Origin: Promethearchaeota archaeon | Lineage (GTDB): Archaea > Asgardarchaeota > Lokiarchaeia > Sigyniarchaeales > SOKP01 | DNA: 64,000 bases | Assembly: GCA_019058295.1 (NCBI GenBank) | Contig: JAHPZI010000023.1 | Span: forward strand, 12,766-76,765 | Direction of reading: 5' to 3' | Shown here: positions 39,032-48,973 of the stretch, piece after piece | How positions within the stretch are numbered: position 1 is the stretch's first letter | How the letters are laid out: every line of letters begins with the position of its first letter | The notes under the pieces: model-generated | What the model was told of the DNA's origin: nothing | The model's database searches: none | Seen by the model: only the letters and a program-made list of their open reading frames with translations | Position numbers and translations under genes: made by a program

Positions 39032-40204
39032 ATGGAAATAAAACCTGAGGTAAAGAGTCCTACTAGATTACTTTTTATTGATAATCTAAGGATTTTATTA
39101 ACAATCTTGGTAATAATGCAGCATACAATGATTACCTATGGAGCTTTAGGAAGTTGGTATTTTAAGGATCCCAATACTGATGAATTTACCAGCATCATTT
39201 TGACGATTTTTGCAATATTTGATCAAGGTTTCTTTATGGCGTTATTTTTTTTTATCAGTGCATATTTTGTCCCTGGAAGTTATGACCGCAAGGGAGCGCG
39301 AAAATTCCTAAAAGATAGATTTATACGCTTAGGAATCCCTCTAATACTGTACGTAATTATTGTGAATCCTTTAATATTATATCTTTTATATATATTACCA
39401 AGTCAAGGAATATCTTTTTTTGAATATTATTTAACTAATTTTCAATCAATAGAAGCATTTTTAGATTATATCGGTGGAAATGGACCATTATGGTTTGTTT
39501 TAATGCTTTTAATATTAGCGGTTTTTTATTGTATTGTATACCTCATAGTTCCTAAAAATTCTGAAGAGTTTGTTGAGAAAAAACCACCACGCAACGCATT
39601 GCTCGTAATAATTTGTATCATTATGGGTGTTTTAACCTTCCTAGTTCGATTAGTATTCCCTGCAGGTGGCGGTGATACATTTTTTAATATTCAACTCTGT
39701 TACATTATTCAATATATTATTATGTTTACTTTAGGTGTAGAAGCATATAAAAGAGATTGGTTTCGAAATATTTCTGATTCCCAGGGAAATTTTTGGTTTT
39801 TAATTGTACTAGTTTCCCTCGTATTTTTCTTTGTTATTGGTTCTCTTGGAGGTGCTTTTGAAGGAAATAATGAACCGTTTACGGGTGGATTTCGTTGGCA
39901 AGCGTTTGCTTATGCTATGTGGGAATCATTTTATTGTATGGGAATGTGTATTGGATTGATAACGTTATTTAGAAGGAAATTTAATCAACAAGGAAAAGTT
40001 ACAAAAAACCTATCCGCAAACGCATATGCTATTTATATCATACACGCTCCAGTTTTAATTTTTATATCAATTTTATTCCTATTTATTCTTATTCCCGCGT
40101 TTTTAAAATTCATAATTGTACTTCCAATCGTCCTATTAATTTGTCTCTTTATAAGTCACTTTATCCTTAGAAAGATCCCTGGAGCGAAAAGAGTACTTGG
40201 ATGA
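39032..40204 (+). CDS. Acyltransferase family 3 (OpgC/MdoC-like)
   Basis: R..FIDNLR.....LVI..H, FM.LFFFIS.YF, DRF.RLGIP, GPLWF, Y.IY..H; about 10 TM. Confidence 0.9.
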   Translation: MEIKPEVKSPTRLLFIDNLRILLTILVIMQHTMITYGALGSWYFKDPNTDEFTSIILTIFAIFDQGFFMALFFFISAYFVPGSYDRKGARKFLKDRFIRLGIPLILYVIIVNPLILYLLYILPSQGISFFEYYLTNFQSIEAFLDYIGGNGPLWFVLMLLILAVFYCIVYLIVPKNSEEFVEKKPPRNALLVIICIIMGVLTFLVRLVFPAGGGDTFFNIQLCYIIQYIIMFTLGVEAYKRDWFRNISDSQGNFWFLIVLVSLVFFFVIGSLGGAFEGNNEPFTGGFRWQAFAYAMWESFYCMGMCIGLITLFRRKFNQQGKVTKNLSANAYAIYIIHAPVLIFISILFLFILIPAFLKFIIVLPIVLLICLFISHFILRKIPGAKRVLG

Positions 40205-40234
40205 TATTCAACAAGCTTTCTAAATCTATTTTTA

Positions 40235-41218
40235 TTATATCTCAACTAGAATTTTAACAAATTTTCTCTCACCGGGCTCAAGAAATTTCTCAAAAGCTTT
40301 CTGAATATCCTTCAATGGTACAACTTCAGAAATAAATTCATTCGCATCTACCTTACCTTTAGCAAATAAATCAATGGCCTCCAAAATATCTTGTGTGTCA
40401 TGTCCTAAGCAACCTTTTAAATTAATTTCCTTAGAATTAATCATAAACATAGGGAATAAAATATTTCCTTTCTGAATACCCTCCAACAATATTGTTCCGC
40501 CCTTTTTTATGAGTTCTACCGCCATTATTAAGGTCTTTTCAATTCCAACGCAATCAAAAATAAAAGTTGGTGCTCCATTTTTTTTAATGAATTTCTTAAT
40601 TTTCACCTTACTTGGCGGAAATGCATCAGTTGCACCAATATTTTTTGCTTTTTCTCTTAAAAATTCATGAGGTTCAACTACAACAATATAATTAGGATTT
40701 TTTTCGATTAATAGTGCTTTAAGAAACGTCAATCCAATATTTCCGCCTCCCATTATCACAATATTTTGATTTTCTTCTATGTTCGACAATTTCATAGCCC
40801 TAGTTGCATTCGCAAAAGACTCAATCATAGCAGCATCCCTAAATGACACATTTTTAGGGATGTGAAATAAATATTTTTTTGGTACTCTAACATATTCAGC
40901 GAATCCACCATCATTAAAGATCCCTAGACCATCTAATTTTCCCCCCTCACTAATATCAAGAGATACATTTATCCCACAAACTCTTTCCCCAATTTTTACA
41001 TCTTTTATATTTGCGCCAACTTCTACAACCTCTCCTGCGAGTTCATGTCCCATTATTAAAGGAACTTGATACATTTTATATTTAAAGTTAGTTATATCGC
41101 TTCCACAAATGCCACAATAATGAGATTTCACTAAGATTTCATCAGTTCCAATTTTTGGTTTAGGATAATCTTCCCTATAAACAATTTTTCTTATATCTTC
41201 AAAAATAGCTGCCTTAAT
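40235..41218 (-). CDS. Zn-dependent (MDR) dehydrogenase; probable ATT start
   Basis: CGICGSD, GHE, GGGNIG motifs; the structural-Zn Cys lobe is absent. The frame extends 29 codons upstream of the tracked start to ATT AAG GCA GCT (xKAA), the usual MDR N-terminus. Confidence 0.88.
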   Translation of the reverse strand: MKAAIFEDIRKIVYREDYPKPKIGTDEILVKSHYCGICGSDITNFKYKMYQVPLIMGHELAGEVVEVGANIKDVKIGERVCGINVSLDISEGGKLDGLGIFNDGGFAEYVRVPKKYLFHIPKNVSFRDAAMIESFANATRAMKLSNIEENQNIVIMGGGNIGLTFLKALLIEKNPNYIVVVEPHEFLREKAKNIGATDAFPPSKVKIKKFIKKNGAPTFIFDCVGIEKTLIMAVELIKKGGTILLEGIQKGNILFPMFMINSKEINLKGCLGHDTQDILEAIDLFAKGKVDANEFISEVVPLKDIQKAFEKFLEPGERKFVKILVEI

Positions 41219-41297
41219 AGTTTAATCATCTTTAAGCAATGATATATAATAAAGAAAAAAAGATATGAATAATTAGTTATAAGATTCTATTATGTAA

Positions 41298-42470
41298 TTA
41301 TTTCATTTCAACCCATTTTTCAGATTTCAATAGCTCACATGGAGTGAAATATTTTTTGCCTGTCATCTCTACGAGTTCATTTAAAGTTTCGACTTGTTTG
41401 GCGGAATTATTTACATTTGGACCCATTATGCCGGGCATATTCATTCCTGCCATTAATACTTGATCTATCACTTCCCAACTCGTGGTTACTCCTTCTTCTA
41501 AAACTCGGCAACCCTCATTTAACATAATTGCTATGGGATACCCAAGTTTCATCAATCTAGCTTTTCCAGCAGATCTATCTGGTTTAGGTTGTCCTTGAGA
41601 CCAATCGTGAAATCCTTGTCCTGTTTTTTTTCCCAGTTTACCTTCATTAAATAATTGAGTTATAACTTTCCCTGGGGCAAAATCAGGTGAGAGCGTTTTT
41701 GAATAATAATTTAGCCCATGATATAATGTATCAATACCTACATAATCTGCTAACACACATGTTGGCATAGGTCCGCGTGTGTCATTATCTAGCGCTTTCC
41801 ATGAGATTCCTTTCTCCGCACATAAGTCAAATACATAATTTTGATAAATTTGAGCAGGAGCAGTCACTCTGTTACAAATAAATCCGGGTCTATCCTTTAA
41901 TACCTTCGCAATATATCTTTTGCCTTTAAGACAAGGTAATTTTTCTGCGAACGCAATGGCATTTTCAATACTCTCATCAGAACTCTTATCACCATAGATT
42001 ACTTCTATTAATCTCATTAAAGGTACAGGATTAAAAAAATGCATTCCTATACATTTATCTGGTCTATTGGTTGCAGTCGCCATTTCTGTTATGGACATCG
42101 TAGAAGTATTTGAGGCAATAATACAATGGGCAGGAGCATTCTCATCACATGTTTTAAAAACTTGTTTTTTAACGTCCATGTTCTCGACAACAGCCTCAAT
42201 AATTATATCTGCATCTTTAACTGCGGATGCTATGTCTGTGGATTTCTTACACTTTGCCATTATATCAGCGGCTGATTCACTTAAGGCACCTTTAGCTTCA
42301 AGTTTTTTCATACCTGCTTCTATATTGGCATAACCAGCATCAACAAATTCGTCTTTAATATCGACTAATGTAACATTTAAGCCAACCATTAAAGAGACTT
42401 GTCCAATACCATTGCCCATTTGGCCCGCACCAACTACAACAACATTTTTAATATCAACCATCTTTTTCAA
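41298..42470 (-). CDS. 3-hydroxyacyl-CoA dehydrogenase with duplicated C-terminal domain
   Basis: GAGQMGNGI, IEAVVE, ASNTS, GMHFFNP, PGFI.NR, LGKKTGQGF. Start is likely ATG at 42461. Confidence 0.92.
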   Translation of the reverse strand: MKKMVDIKNVVVVGAGQMGNGIGQVSLMVGLNVTLVDIKDEFVDAGYANIEAGMKKLEAKGALSESAADIMAKCKKSTDIASAVKDADIIIEAVVENMDVKKQVFKTCDENAPAHCIIASNTSTMSITEMATATNRPDKCIGMHFFNPVPLMRLIEVIYGDKSSDESIENAIAFAEKLPCLKGKRYIAKVLKDRPGFICNRVTAPAQIYQNYVFDLCAEKGISWKALDNDTRGPMPTCVLADYVGIDTLYHGLNYYSKTLSPDFAPGKVITQLFNEGKLGKKTGQGFHDWSQGQPKPDRSAGKARLMKLGYPIAIMLNEGCRVLEEGVTTSWEVIDQVLMAGMNMPGIMGPNVNNSAKQVETLNELVEMTGKKYFTPCELLKSEKWVEMK

Positions 42471-42684
42471 TCTCTTTAACTTATTTTAAATCTAAATTGT
42501 AAGATAGGATCAATAATTTATTGCTAATTATAATGTTTAACAATTTGATCGATTTAAAAAAAAGCATTCTTTTATTATCTTTCTCAATAGAATTTCAATG
42601 AAAAGTTTTTATGATCTAATAATTTTACTCAATTACTTAATCATAAACTAATATGGAAATAAAAAAAAAAGGAAAAGATAAATT

Positions 42685-43719
42685 ATGGTAATTAAAACAA
42701 AAATAACTGAAATGTTTGGGATTAAGCACCCCATCATTTTAGCGCCGATGGGTCCATTTTACATTACAAAGCTTTGCATCGCGGTAGCTGAAGCCGGGGG
42801 TCTTGGCGTTTTAAGCCATACAAACCTCTTTGGGAAAAGTTCAATTGATGAAATGAAGGAAAATATGTTAGAAGTAATTGAACATACTGATAAACCCTTT
42901 GGATTCAATATACGCACAGCTCGTATGCAGCCTGACGCAAAAACCCTATGTCGTCAAATTCCAAGGTTTATAGCGAGGAATCCTAAACTCCGGGAACAAT
43001 GTATCTATGCAATTACGAGTGCTGGAAGCTCAAGAATGTTACCTGAAACGAAATCCTTTATAGAGTTAAGAGCCCAAACGAATATCAAACATGTTCATGT
43101 ATCTCCTGTTGCATGGTTAGCTGAGAAGAGTGTTCAATCTGGCGTGGACGCAATAGTAGTTACGGGAACTGAAGGTGGAGGTCATCAATCCTATGAAAAA
43201 GTATCAACTCTCGTATTGATTCAGGAATTAACAAAGAAATTCCCTGATTTGCCGATAATAGCGTGCGGAGGTTTCGCAACGGGTGCTGGACTTGCTGCTG
43301 CTCTTTCAATGGGCGCTAGTGCAATCGCAATGGGTTCGAGATTTATCGCAAGTAAGGAAAGTGAATTCAATGATGCATATAAGAACATAGTGCCTCCTGC
43401 TAAAAGCGACGATACTGACTTAGTTACAGGATTCCTTGGCCCTATTAGGTTGTGGAAGAATAATTATTGCAAGAGTCATGGATTAGTCGCAAGTAAAGAA
43501 GAAAAATTAGCAGAAGAATCTTCTTTTTCATTAGAAGATATCATAGAAGATGGTAAACACTACGAAATGATTTACGATGGCAATATTGATGACGGAGCTG
43601 TATTGTTAGGGCAATCTATTGGGCTTATAGATAGTATCGATAGTGTCAAGGATATTATTGATAGTATTATCGCAGGTGCTGAGAAAAACCTAAAAAGAGC
43701 AACATCATTAATCCAGTAA
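42685..43719 (+). CDS. Nitronate monooxygenase / FabK-like flavoprotein
   Basis: PIILAPMG, AEAGGLG, GTEGGGH, ACGG, MGSRFIAS.E, GQSIGLI. Confidence 0.88.
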   Translation: MVIKTKITEMFGIKHPIILAPMGPFYITKLCIAVAEAGGLGVLSHTNLFGKSSIDEMKENMLEVIEHTDKPFGFNIRTARMQPDAKTLCRQIPRFIARNPKLREQCIYAITSAGSSRMLPETKSFIELRAQTNIKHVHVSPVAWLAEKSVQSGVDAIVVTGTEGGGHQSYEKVSTLVLIQELTKKFPDLPIIACGGFATGAGLAAALSMGASAIAMGSRFIASKESEFNDAYKNIVPPAKSDDTDLVTGFLGPIRLWKNNYCKSHGLVASKEEKLAEESSFSLEDIIEDGKHYEMIYDGNIDDGAVLLGQSIGLIDSIDSVKDIIDSIIAGAEKNLKRATSLIQ

Positions 43720-43857
43720 ATCAATCATTATTCGTAAATTAAATATAACACCCATATTTTTTTTATTTTTTTAAGGTTTTTTATAGCAATTATAATGATA
43801 TAAATATAAGGTAAATACTAAATTAAAATAATATAATAACACATATTTTGAAAAAAA

Positions 43858-44976
43858 ATGTCCGAAAATATAGATAGAGAATATAAAAAAGCCGCTCAGA
43901 TAATTAATAGCGCTGGAGGAACACCATTTCCTCTGACTGATACTTTAATTGAGATACTTAAACGTCTTGTAAAAGCAGAACACTTAAGTTTTATAAGGGC
44001 GTTTAGAAAAAAAAAATCTCAGACTATGGAACAGTTAAAGGAGTCTAGCGGGTTATCTGAAGAAGAAATTGAGGAAAAAGTAAAAGTTTTAGCAAAAATA
44101 GGATTAATTTTTAATCAGCCTAGTAGTCAAGGAGTTATGGTTTACAGACTTATGCCGTTTGTTAACGTTGGAATCTTTGAATATACGTTTATGAAAGAAT
44201 TAGAAGATACTCCAGAAAATAGGGAAATAGCTCAATTGTTTGGCAAACTAAGAAGGGAAATGAAAGAACGTTTAACTGGAAATTATGATGCACTAGTTTC
44301 TTTTCTCAAGAAAATGCCACCTATAGATCGTACAATCTCAGTTAGAGAAAACAAAGCTACCGGAAAAGACATTATTATTGATCAAGAAATAGAGGTTGGA
44401 GAACAAAAAGTTTTACTTACCCAAACGGTAGAAGAATTAATCGAAAAATTCGATGATATTGCAGTAGGACATTGCTTTTGCCGACACCATAAAGATTTAT
44501 TAGATGATCCATGTAAACAAACTGATTTAAGAGAGAATTGTTTTACTTTTGGAAAATCAGCACGATTTACTACAGAGCAAGGATTTGCACGAATGGTAAG
44601 TAAAAAAGAAGCTTTAGAAATCCTCAAAAAATCAGAGGAAGATGGATTGGTACATAAAGCATATCATGCAAATTTTGATTTAAAAAGAGATGAAACCAGC
44701 ATATGTAACTGCTGTAACTGCTGTTGTGGACAAGTAGGGGGGCCTACAGTGAATTATACAAATTATATTTCTCAAGTGAATCAAGAAATTTGCGTAGGCT
44801 GTGGAACTTGTGTCGAACATTGTCATACAAAAGCAATGAAATTGAATGATGATGGAAAAGCAGAAAGTACAGAGGATCTTTGTATAGGATGCGGAGTATG
44901 TGCTTACTTCTGCCCTGAAAATGCAATATCTCTTATTGAAAATCCAAGAAAAGTAGTAATAGCTCCACAAACTTAA
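43858..44976 (+). CDS. Fe-S protein (N-terminal wHTH-like region, Cys-rich middle, C-terminal 2x[4Fe-4S])
   Basis: CFCR, CNCCNCCC, CVGCGTCVEHC, CIGCGVCAYFCP. Confidence 0.85.
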   Translation: MSENIDREYKKAAQIINSAGGTPFPLTDTLIEILKRLVKAEHLSFIRAFRKKKSQTMEQLKESSGLSEEEIEEKVKVLAKIGLIFNQPSSQGVMVYRLMPFVNVGIFEYTFMKELEDTPENREIAQLFGKLRREMKERLTGNYDALVSFLKKMPPIDRTISVRENKATGKDIIIDQEIEVGEQKVLLTQTVEELIEKFDDIAVGHCFCRHHKDLLDDPCKQTDLRENCFTFGKSARFTTEQGFARMVSKKEALEILKKSEEDGLVHKAYHANFDLKRDETSICNCCNCCCGQVGGPTVNYTNYISQVNQEICVGCGTCVEHCHTKAMKLNDDGKAESTEDLCIGCGVCAYFCPENAISLIENPRKVVIAPQT

Positions 44977-45109
44977 AATTTTATTTCTTTTTATATTAAT
45001 TTTTTAATAGAAAAAAGAAAAATAATAACAAAGGATATTTTTATTAAAACTATATAGTTCATTATTAAAAAAAATAAAGAAGTAATTATTAATATGAGTA
45101 GTGTTTTAA

Positions 45110-46039
45110 GTGAAACCTAATATCCTTACTGATGAAAAAGTAATTATAACCGTCGCAATTACAGGTGGGGCACATGGGAAATGGGCAAATCCCAATTTAC
45201 CTATAACTGCAGAAGAACAAGCGAGAGATGCTTTAGAGTGCTATGAAGCAGGTGCATCGGTATGCCATATCCATGTAAGAGACGATGCGGAATGGGCTAC
45301 TCCTGATCTAAAATATTATAATAAAACAGTGAATTTAATTAAAGAAAAGTGTCCAATTATTACTCAAATAGGTAATGGAATTGGCGTTCGTCTAGAATAT
45401 GGAGTTAAGGTAAGTAAGAAAGGTAAAAGATATGGTCAAGCTTTTAAATTTGCCACATTAGACGAAAGACTTAATTTATTAAATATGAATCCACAGCCTG
45501 ATATGTTTACTATAAATGCTGGCACGTTTGAATTTAGAACAGTTACAAGAGGTATGGGAACCGCATTTATTTTTGATAATCCTTTGGAGTTTAATATAAA
45601 GTATATTAAAAGATGTAAAGAACTTGGAGCTGGTATAGAAATTGAAGCCTATGATATAAGTCACATAGAGAATATTATGGAGTTAGTTGATTTGGGTGTA
45701 TTTGAGCAAGATGAAAAGCTTCATTTTAGTCTCGTATTAGGAATTCAAGGTGGTGCTCCAGCAACAGTCAATAATTTAATTCATATGGTTGACAGAATAC
45801 CTGAAGGCTCTACTTGGCAAGTAGTGACAATAAGCAAATATCACCTTAGAACAACGGTAATTGCTATGTGTATGGGTGGTAATATCAGAACAGGTCTTGA
45901 AGATACAATTTATTATCAAAAAGGTGAGCCAGTTAAAAGCAATGCTCAGCTAGTCAAACGGATGGTTAGAATTGCCCGTGAGCTTGGTAGAGAACCTGCT
46001 ACTGTTGATGAAGCCAAAGAAATTTTAAATTTAAAATAA
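45110..46039 (+). CDS. Beta-keto acid cleavage enzyme (BKACE/Kce family)
   Basis: ITVAITG, NPNLP.T.EE, AGAS..HIHVR, GGNIRTGLED, SNAQLV, GREPAT..EA. Confidence 0.92.
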   Translation: MKPNILTDEKVIITVAITGGAHGKWANPNLPITAEEQARDALECYEAGASVCHIHVRDDAEWATPDLKYYNKTVNLIKEKCPIITQIGNGIGVRLEYGVKVSKKGKRYGQAFKFATLDERLNLLNMNPQPDMFTINAGTFEFRTVTRGMGTAFIFDNPLEFNIKYIKRCKELGAGIEIEAYDISHIENIMELVDLGVFEQDEKLHFSLVLGIQGGAPATVNNLIHMVDRIPEGSTWQVVTISKYHLRTTVIAMCMGGNIRTGLEDTIYYQKGEPVKSNAQLVKRMVRIARELGREPATVDEAKEILNLK

Positions 46040-46110
46040 TATATTTTTCTTATTAATTTTATTATTATCTTGAATATAATGAATTTAGTTTAAATTAATT
46101 TATTTAAAAA

Positions 46111-47061
46111 GTGGTAAATTTGAATTTAAGTGAAATAAAACGAGTTTTGGTTGTTGGAGCAGGTACGATGGGTCATTCTATCGCACAGGTTTATGCTCAA
46201 TCTGGAATTGAAGTTGATTTAGTTGACTTAAAGCAAGAAATACTTGATTCTGCAATTAAAAAAATCAAATTAAATTTAAATCTATTAGCTGAATATGAGC
46301 GTGTTCCTCGAGATGAAATTCCTGCTATTATAAATCGTATTAATCCCTTAACTAATCTTGAGACAGCAGCGAAAAGAGCAAACCTAATCGTAGAGGCTGT
46401 GAGTGAAAATCGTGAAATTAAAAGGAAAGTTTATTCTCAATTAGATGAATTTTGTTCTGAAGATACGATTTTAGCAAGCAACACATCAGAATTGAATATA
46501 TTTAACGTTGCTAATATTAAAAATCCTGAAAGATTAATAATTCAACACTGGTTTAGGCCACCGCACATAATACCTTTAGTTGAAATAGTTGCTGGGCGTA
46601 AAACATCTCCAGAAATAATCGATTTATCTTTCAATTTGTTGAAGAAACTTGGTAAAACCCCAATCATTTTAAAAAAATTCACAAATGCCTTCATTGTAAA
46701 TAAAATCCAACAAGCTATCAATTCTGCGGTGTTTGGTCTTTTAGTGAGAGGAATTGCCACTCCTGAACAGATTGATCTAGCAGTAAAAACTAGTTTCAGT
46801 TTACGATTACCTATTGTTGGTGTAGTTCAAAATCTAGATTTTGTTGGACTCGATGTACTATCAGATGTACTTAAAAATATGGGGTTAGAACTGTCCCTCA
46901 TTAAAAATAATGTAGAGCAGGGAAATTTTGGAGTAAAAACATCTAAGGGAATATACGACTATAGTGGGCGTAGTGAGGAAGAAATACTTAGAAAGAAAGA
47001 CGAAAAGTATCTTAAAATTCTCGATTTTCTTGAAAAAATAAATGCCTTTGAACCGGTTTAA
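46111..47061 (+). CDS. 3-hydroxyacyl-CoA dehydrogenase family protein
   Basis: GAGTMGHSIA, VEAVSE, ASNTS, HWFRPPHIIPLVEIV, GVKTSKGIY. Confidence 0.88.
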   Translation: MVNLNLSEIKRVLVVGAGTMGHSIAQVYAQSGIEVDLVDLKQEILDSAIKKIKLNLNLLAEYERVPRDEIPAIINRINPLTNLETAAKRANLIVEAVSENREIKRKVYSQLDEFCSEDTILASNTSELNIFNVANIKNPERLIIQHWFRPPHIIPLVEIVAGRKTSPEIIDLSFNLLKKLGKTPIILKKFTNAFIVNKIQQAINSAVFGLLVRGIATPEQIDLAVKTSFSLRLPIVGVVQNLDFVGLDVLSDVLKNMGLELSLIKNNVEQGNFGVKTSKGIYDYSGRSEEEILRKKDEKYLKILDFLEKINAFEPV

Positions 47062-47103
47062 ATATCAATTAAAGTATTTTAAAAAAAAGGATAATGTTAA
47101 GAA

Positions 47104-48030
47104 ATGGTTGATGTTAATTATGTCTTTCTTTTATCTTTGGTTATAATAATCATAGGGTTCATCCTTAAGAAACTGAAAATTATAACAGAAGAGAATGCTA
47201 AAGTCATTGCTAAAATAATTTTTAATGTGACATTGCCAGCGATAATACTAAGTGTAATGAGTACTTTAGAAATCAATATTGCACTTATTTTAATACCAAT
47301 TATTATGATAGTCTTTAGTCTTGGTGTATTAGTTTTTGCTCTAATCCTATTTAGAAATATTCCAAGAGAAAGGAAAGGATTAATTTTGATGACCGTCATA
47401 GGATTCAATGTCGTTCACCTAGCATTTCCGTTAGTTCAAGGAATTTGGGGAGAAGAGGGATTTCAATATATTGCTCTTGTTGATATGGGCAATGCTATAA
47501 CAGTCTTCTTAATCTGTTATTTAATAGCGTCCATATTTTCACCAAAAATAGAATCAGAAGGGCTTGAGGTTAATTTTAAATATATAGGTAAAAAATTACT
47601 CAAATCTACACCACTCATTGCTTACATTGTCGGGCTTAGTATAAATTTTTCTGGAGCAACATTACCAGATTTCGTAATGGATCTATTATCAATTCTCGGA
47701 AGAGCTAATACTGCGCTAACATTACTTTTATTGGGGATTTATTTGAATTTTAAGTTTGAAAAGGCAGAATGGGGATTAATTCTTAAGGTTTTAGTTATCC
47801 GGTATTCAATTGGATTAGTAGTTGGTTTTATTTTATTTTTATATTTACCTTTTAATCTCGTGTATCGAATGATCATATTAATCGCTTTAATTCTGCCAGT
47901 CGGATTAGCTACAATTCCTTTTTCCGTTGAGTTCGATTATGATGAACGGATAATTAATATGATGGTTACGCTGACAATTATTATTAGTTTTAGCCTTATG
48001 TGGATTTTAGTTTTAGTATTAGGCGTTTGA
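47104..48030 (+). CDS. AEC (auxin efflux carrier) family transporter
   Basis: About 10 TM; FNVTLPA, N....AFP motifs. Confidence 0.85.
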   Translation: MVDVNYVFLLSLVIIIIGFILKKLKIITEENAKVIAKIIFNVTLPAIILSVMSTLEINIALILIPIIMIVFSLGVLVFALILFRNIPRERKGLILMTVIGFNVVHLAFPLVQGIWGEEGFQYIALVDMGNAITVFLICYLIASIFSPKIESEGLEVNFKYIGKKLLKSTPLIAYIVGLSINFSGATLPDFVMDLLSILGRANTALTLLLLGIYLNFKFEKAEWGLILKVLVIRYSIGLVVGFILFLYLPFNLVYRMIILIALILPVGLATIPFSVEFDYDERIINMMVTLTIIISFSLMWILVLVLGV

Positions 48031-48039
48031 TAATCAATA

Positions 48040-48861
48040 TTAATATTTATAAAAGCCTTTCCTTGTTTTCAACCCCAATTCTCCCCTCTCTACCATTTCC
48101 TTAAGAGTTTGAGGTGGTTCATCATCAGGATTGCCACTTTCTTTGTAATAGGACATTTCAACATCATAAACTACATCAAGACCTATCGCATCCATAAGCT
48201 GAAACGGTCCTAAACCCATACCTGTGAATATTTTCCAAGCAATATCAACAGTTTCAATATCTGCATAACCTCCCTCCCATATCTTTAAACAATCTTTTTT
48301 TACAACGTGCCATATTCTATTAAATACAAAACCAAAGCATTCTTTATTTACCACTAGCGGAGTAGTTTCGATGTCTTCAAGAAATTTCTTACCTTTCTCA
48401 AATATAGTATCACTAGTCTTAGTCCCTTTCTGAATATCTACCATCGGTGTGTTCATTGGATGATAAAAATGAAGGTTTAACACTTTATCCTTTCTCTCAA
48501 CTGCACTTTCTATCTTAGAGACAGGGATCGAGGAGCTATTCGTGGCTATAATAGCATGGGGGGGAGCTTCTTTATCAATTTGCGAGAATATTTCCTTTTT
48601 TAAGTCTAACTTCTCTGGTACTGCCTCAATGATTAGATCTGCATCTTTAACCGCCTCAGAGAGTGATTCATGAAATGTAACTTCTCCAGATATACCTAGT
48701 CTCTTCTTTTTTCTCTCTAGCCTCCTTACGAATTTATTTAATCCTTCAGGATTAACATCAAAAAAGCGTATTGTATAGTTTTTTAATGTTATTTTCTCAC
48801 CAATTAATTTTCCCAGGAATCCAGCTCCAATAATAGAAACAGTCTTTATTTCATTAACCAT
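48040..48861 (-). CDS. 3-hydroxyacyl-CoA dehydrogenase family protein
   Basis: GAGFLG, IEAVPE, ATNSSS, HFYHP, GFVFNR, GPFQLMD.IGLD, LGLKT.KGFY. Confidence 0.9.
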   Translation of the reverse strand: MVNEIKTVSIIGAGFLGKLIGEKITLKNYTIRFFDVNPEGLNKFVRRLERKKKRLGISGEVTFHESLSEAVKDADLIIEAVPEKLDLKKEIFSQIDKEAPPHAIIATNSSSIPVSKIESAVERKDKVLNLHFYHPMNTPMVDIQKGTKTSDTIFEKGKKFLEDIETTPLVVNKECFGFVFNRIWHVVKKDCLKIWEGGYADIETVDIAWKIFTGMGLGPFQLMDAIGLDVVYDVEMSYYKESGNPDDEPPQTLKEMVERGELGLKTRKGFYKY

Positions 48862-48973
48862 AATATATTCTCCTTATCTATTATAAAATATCCTAAAAAA
48901 TATTTTTTTAATAATAGTTTTTTTAATAATAAATACAATATATCTATTATTTTATAAGAATTAATAATAGAAA

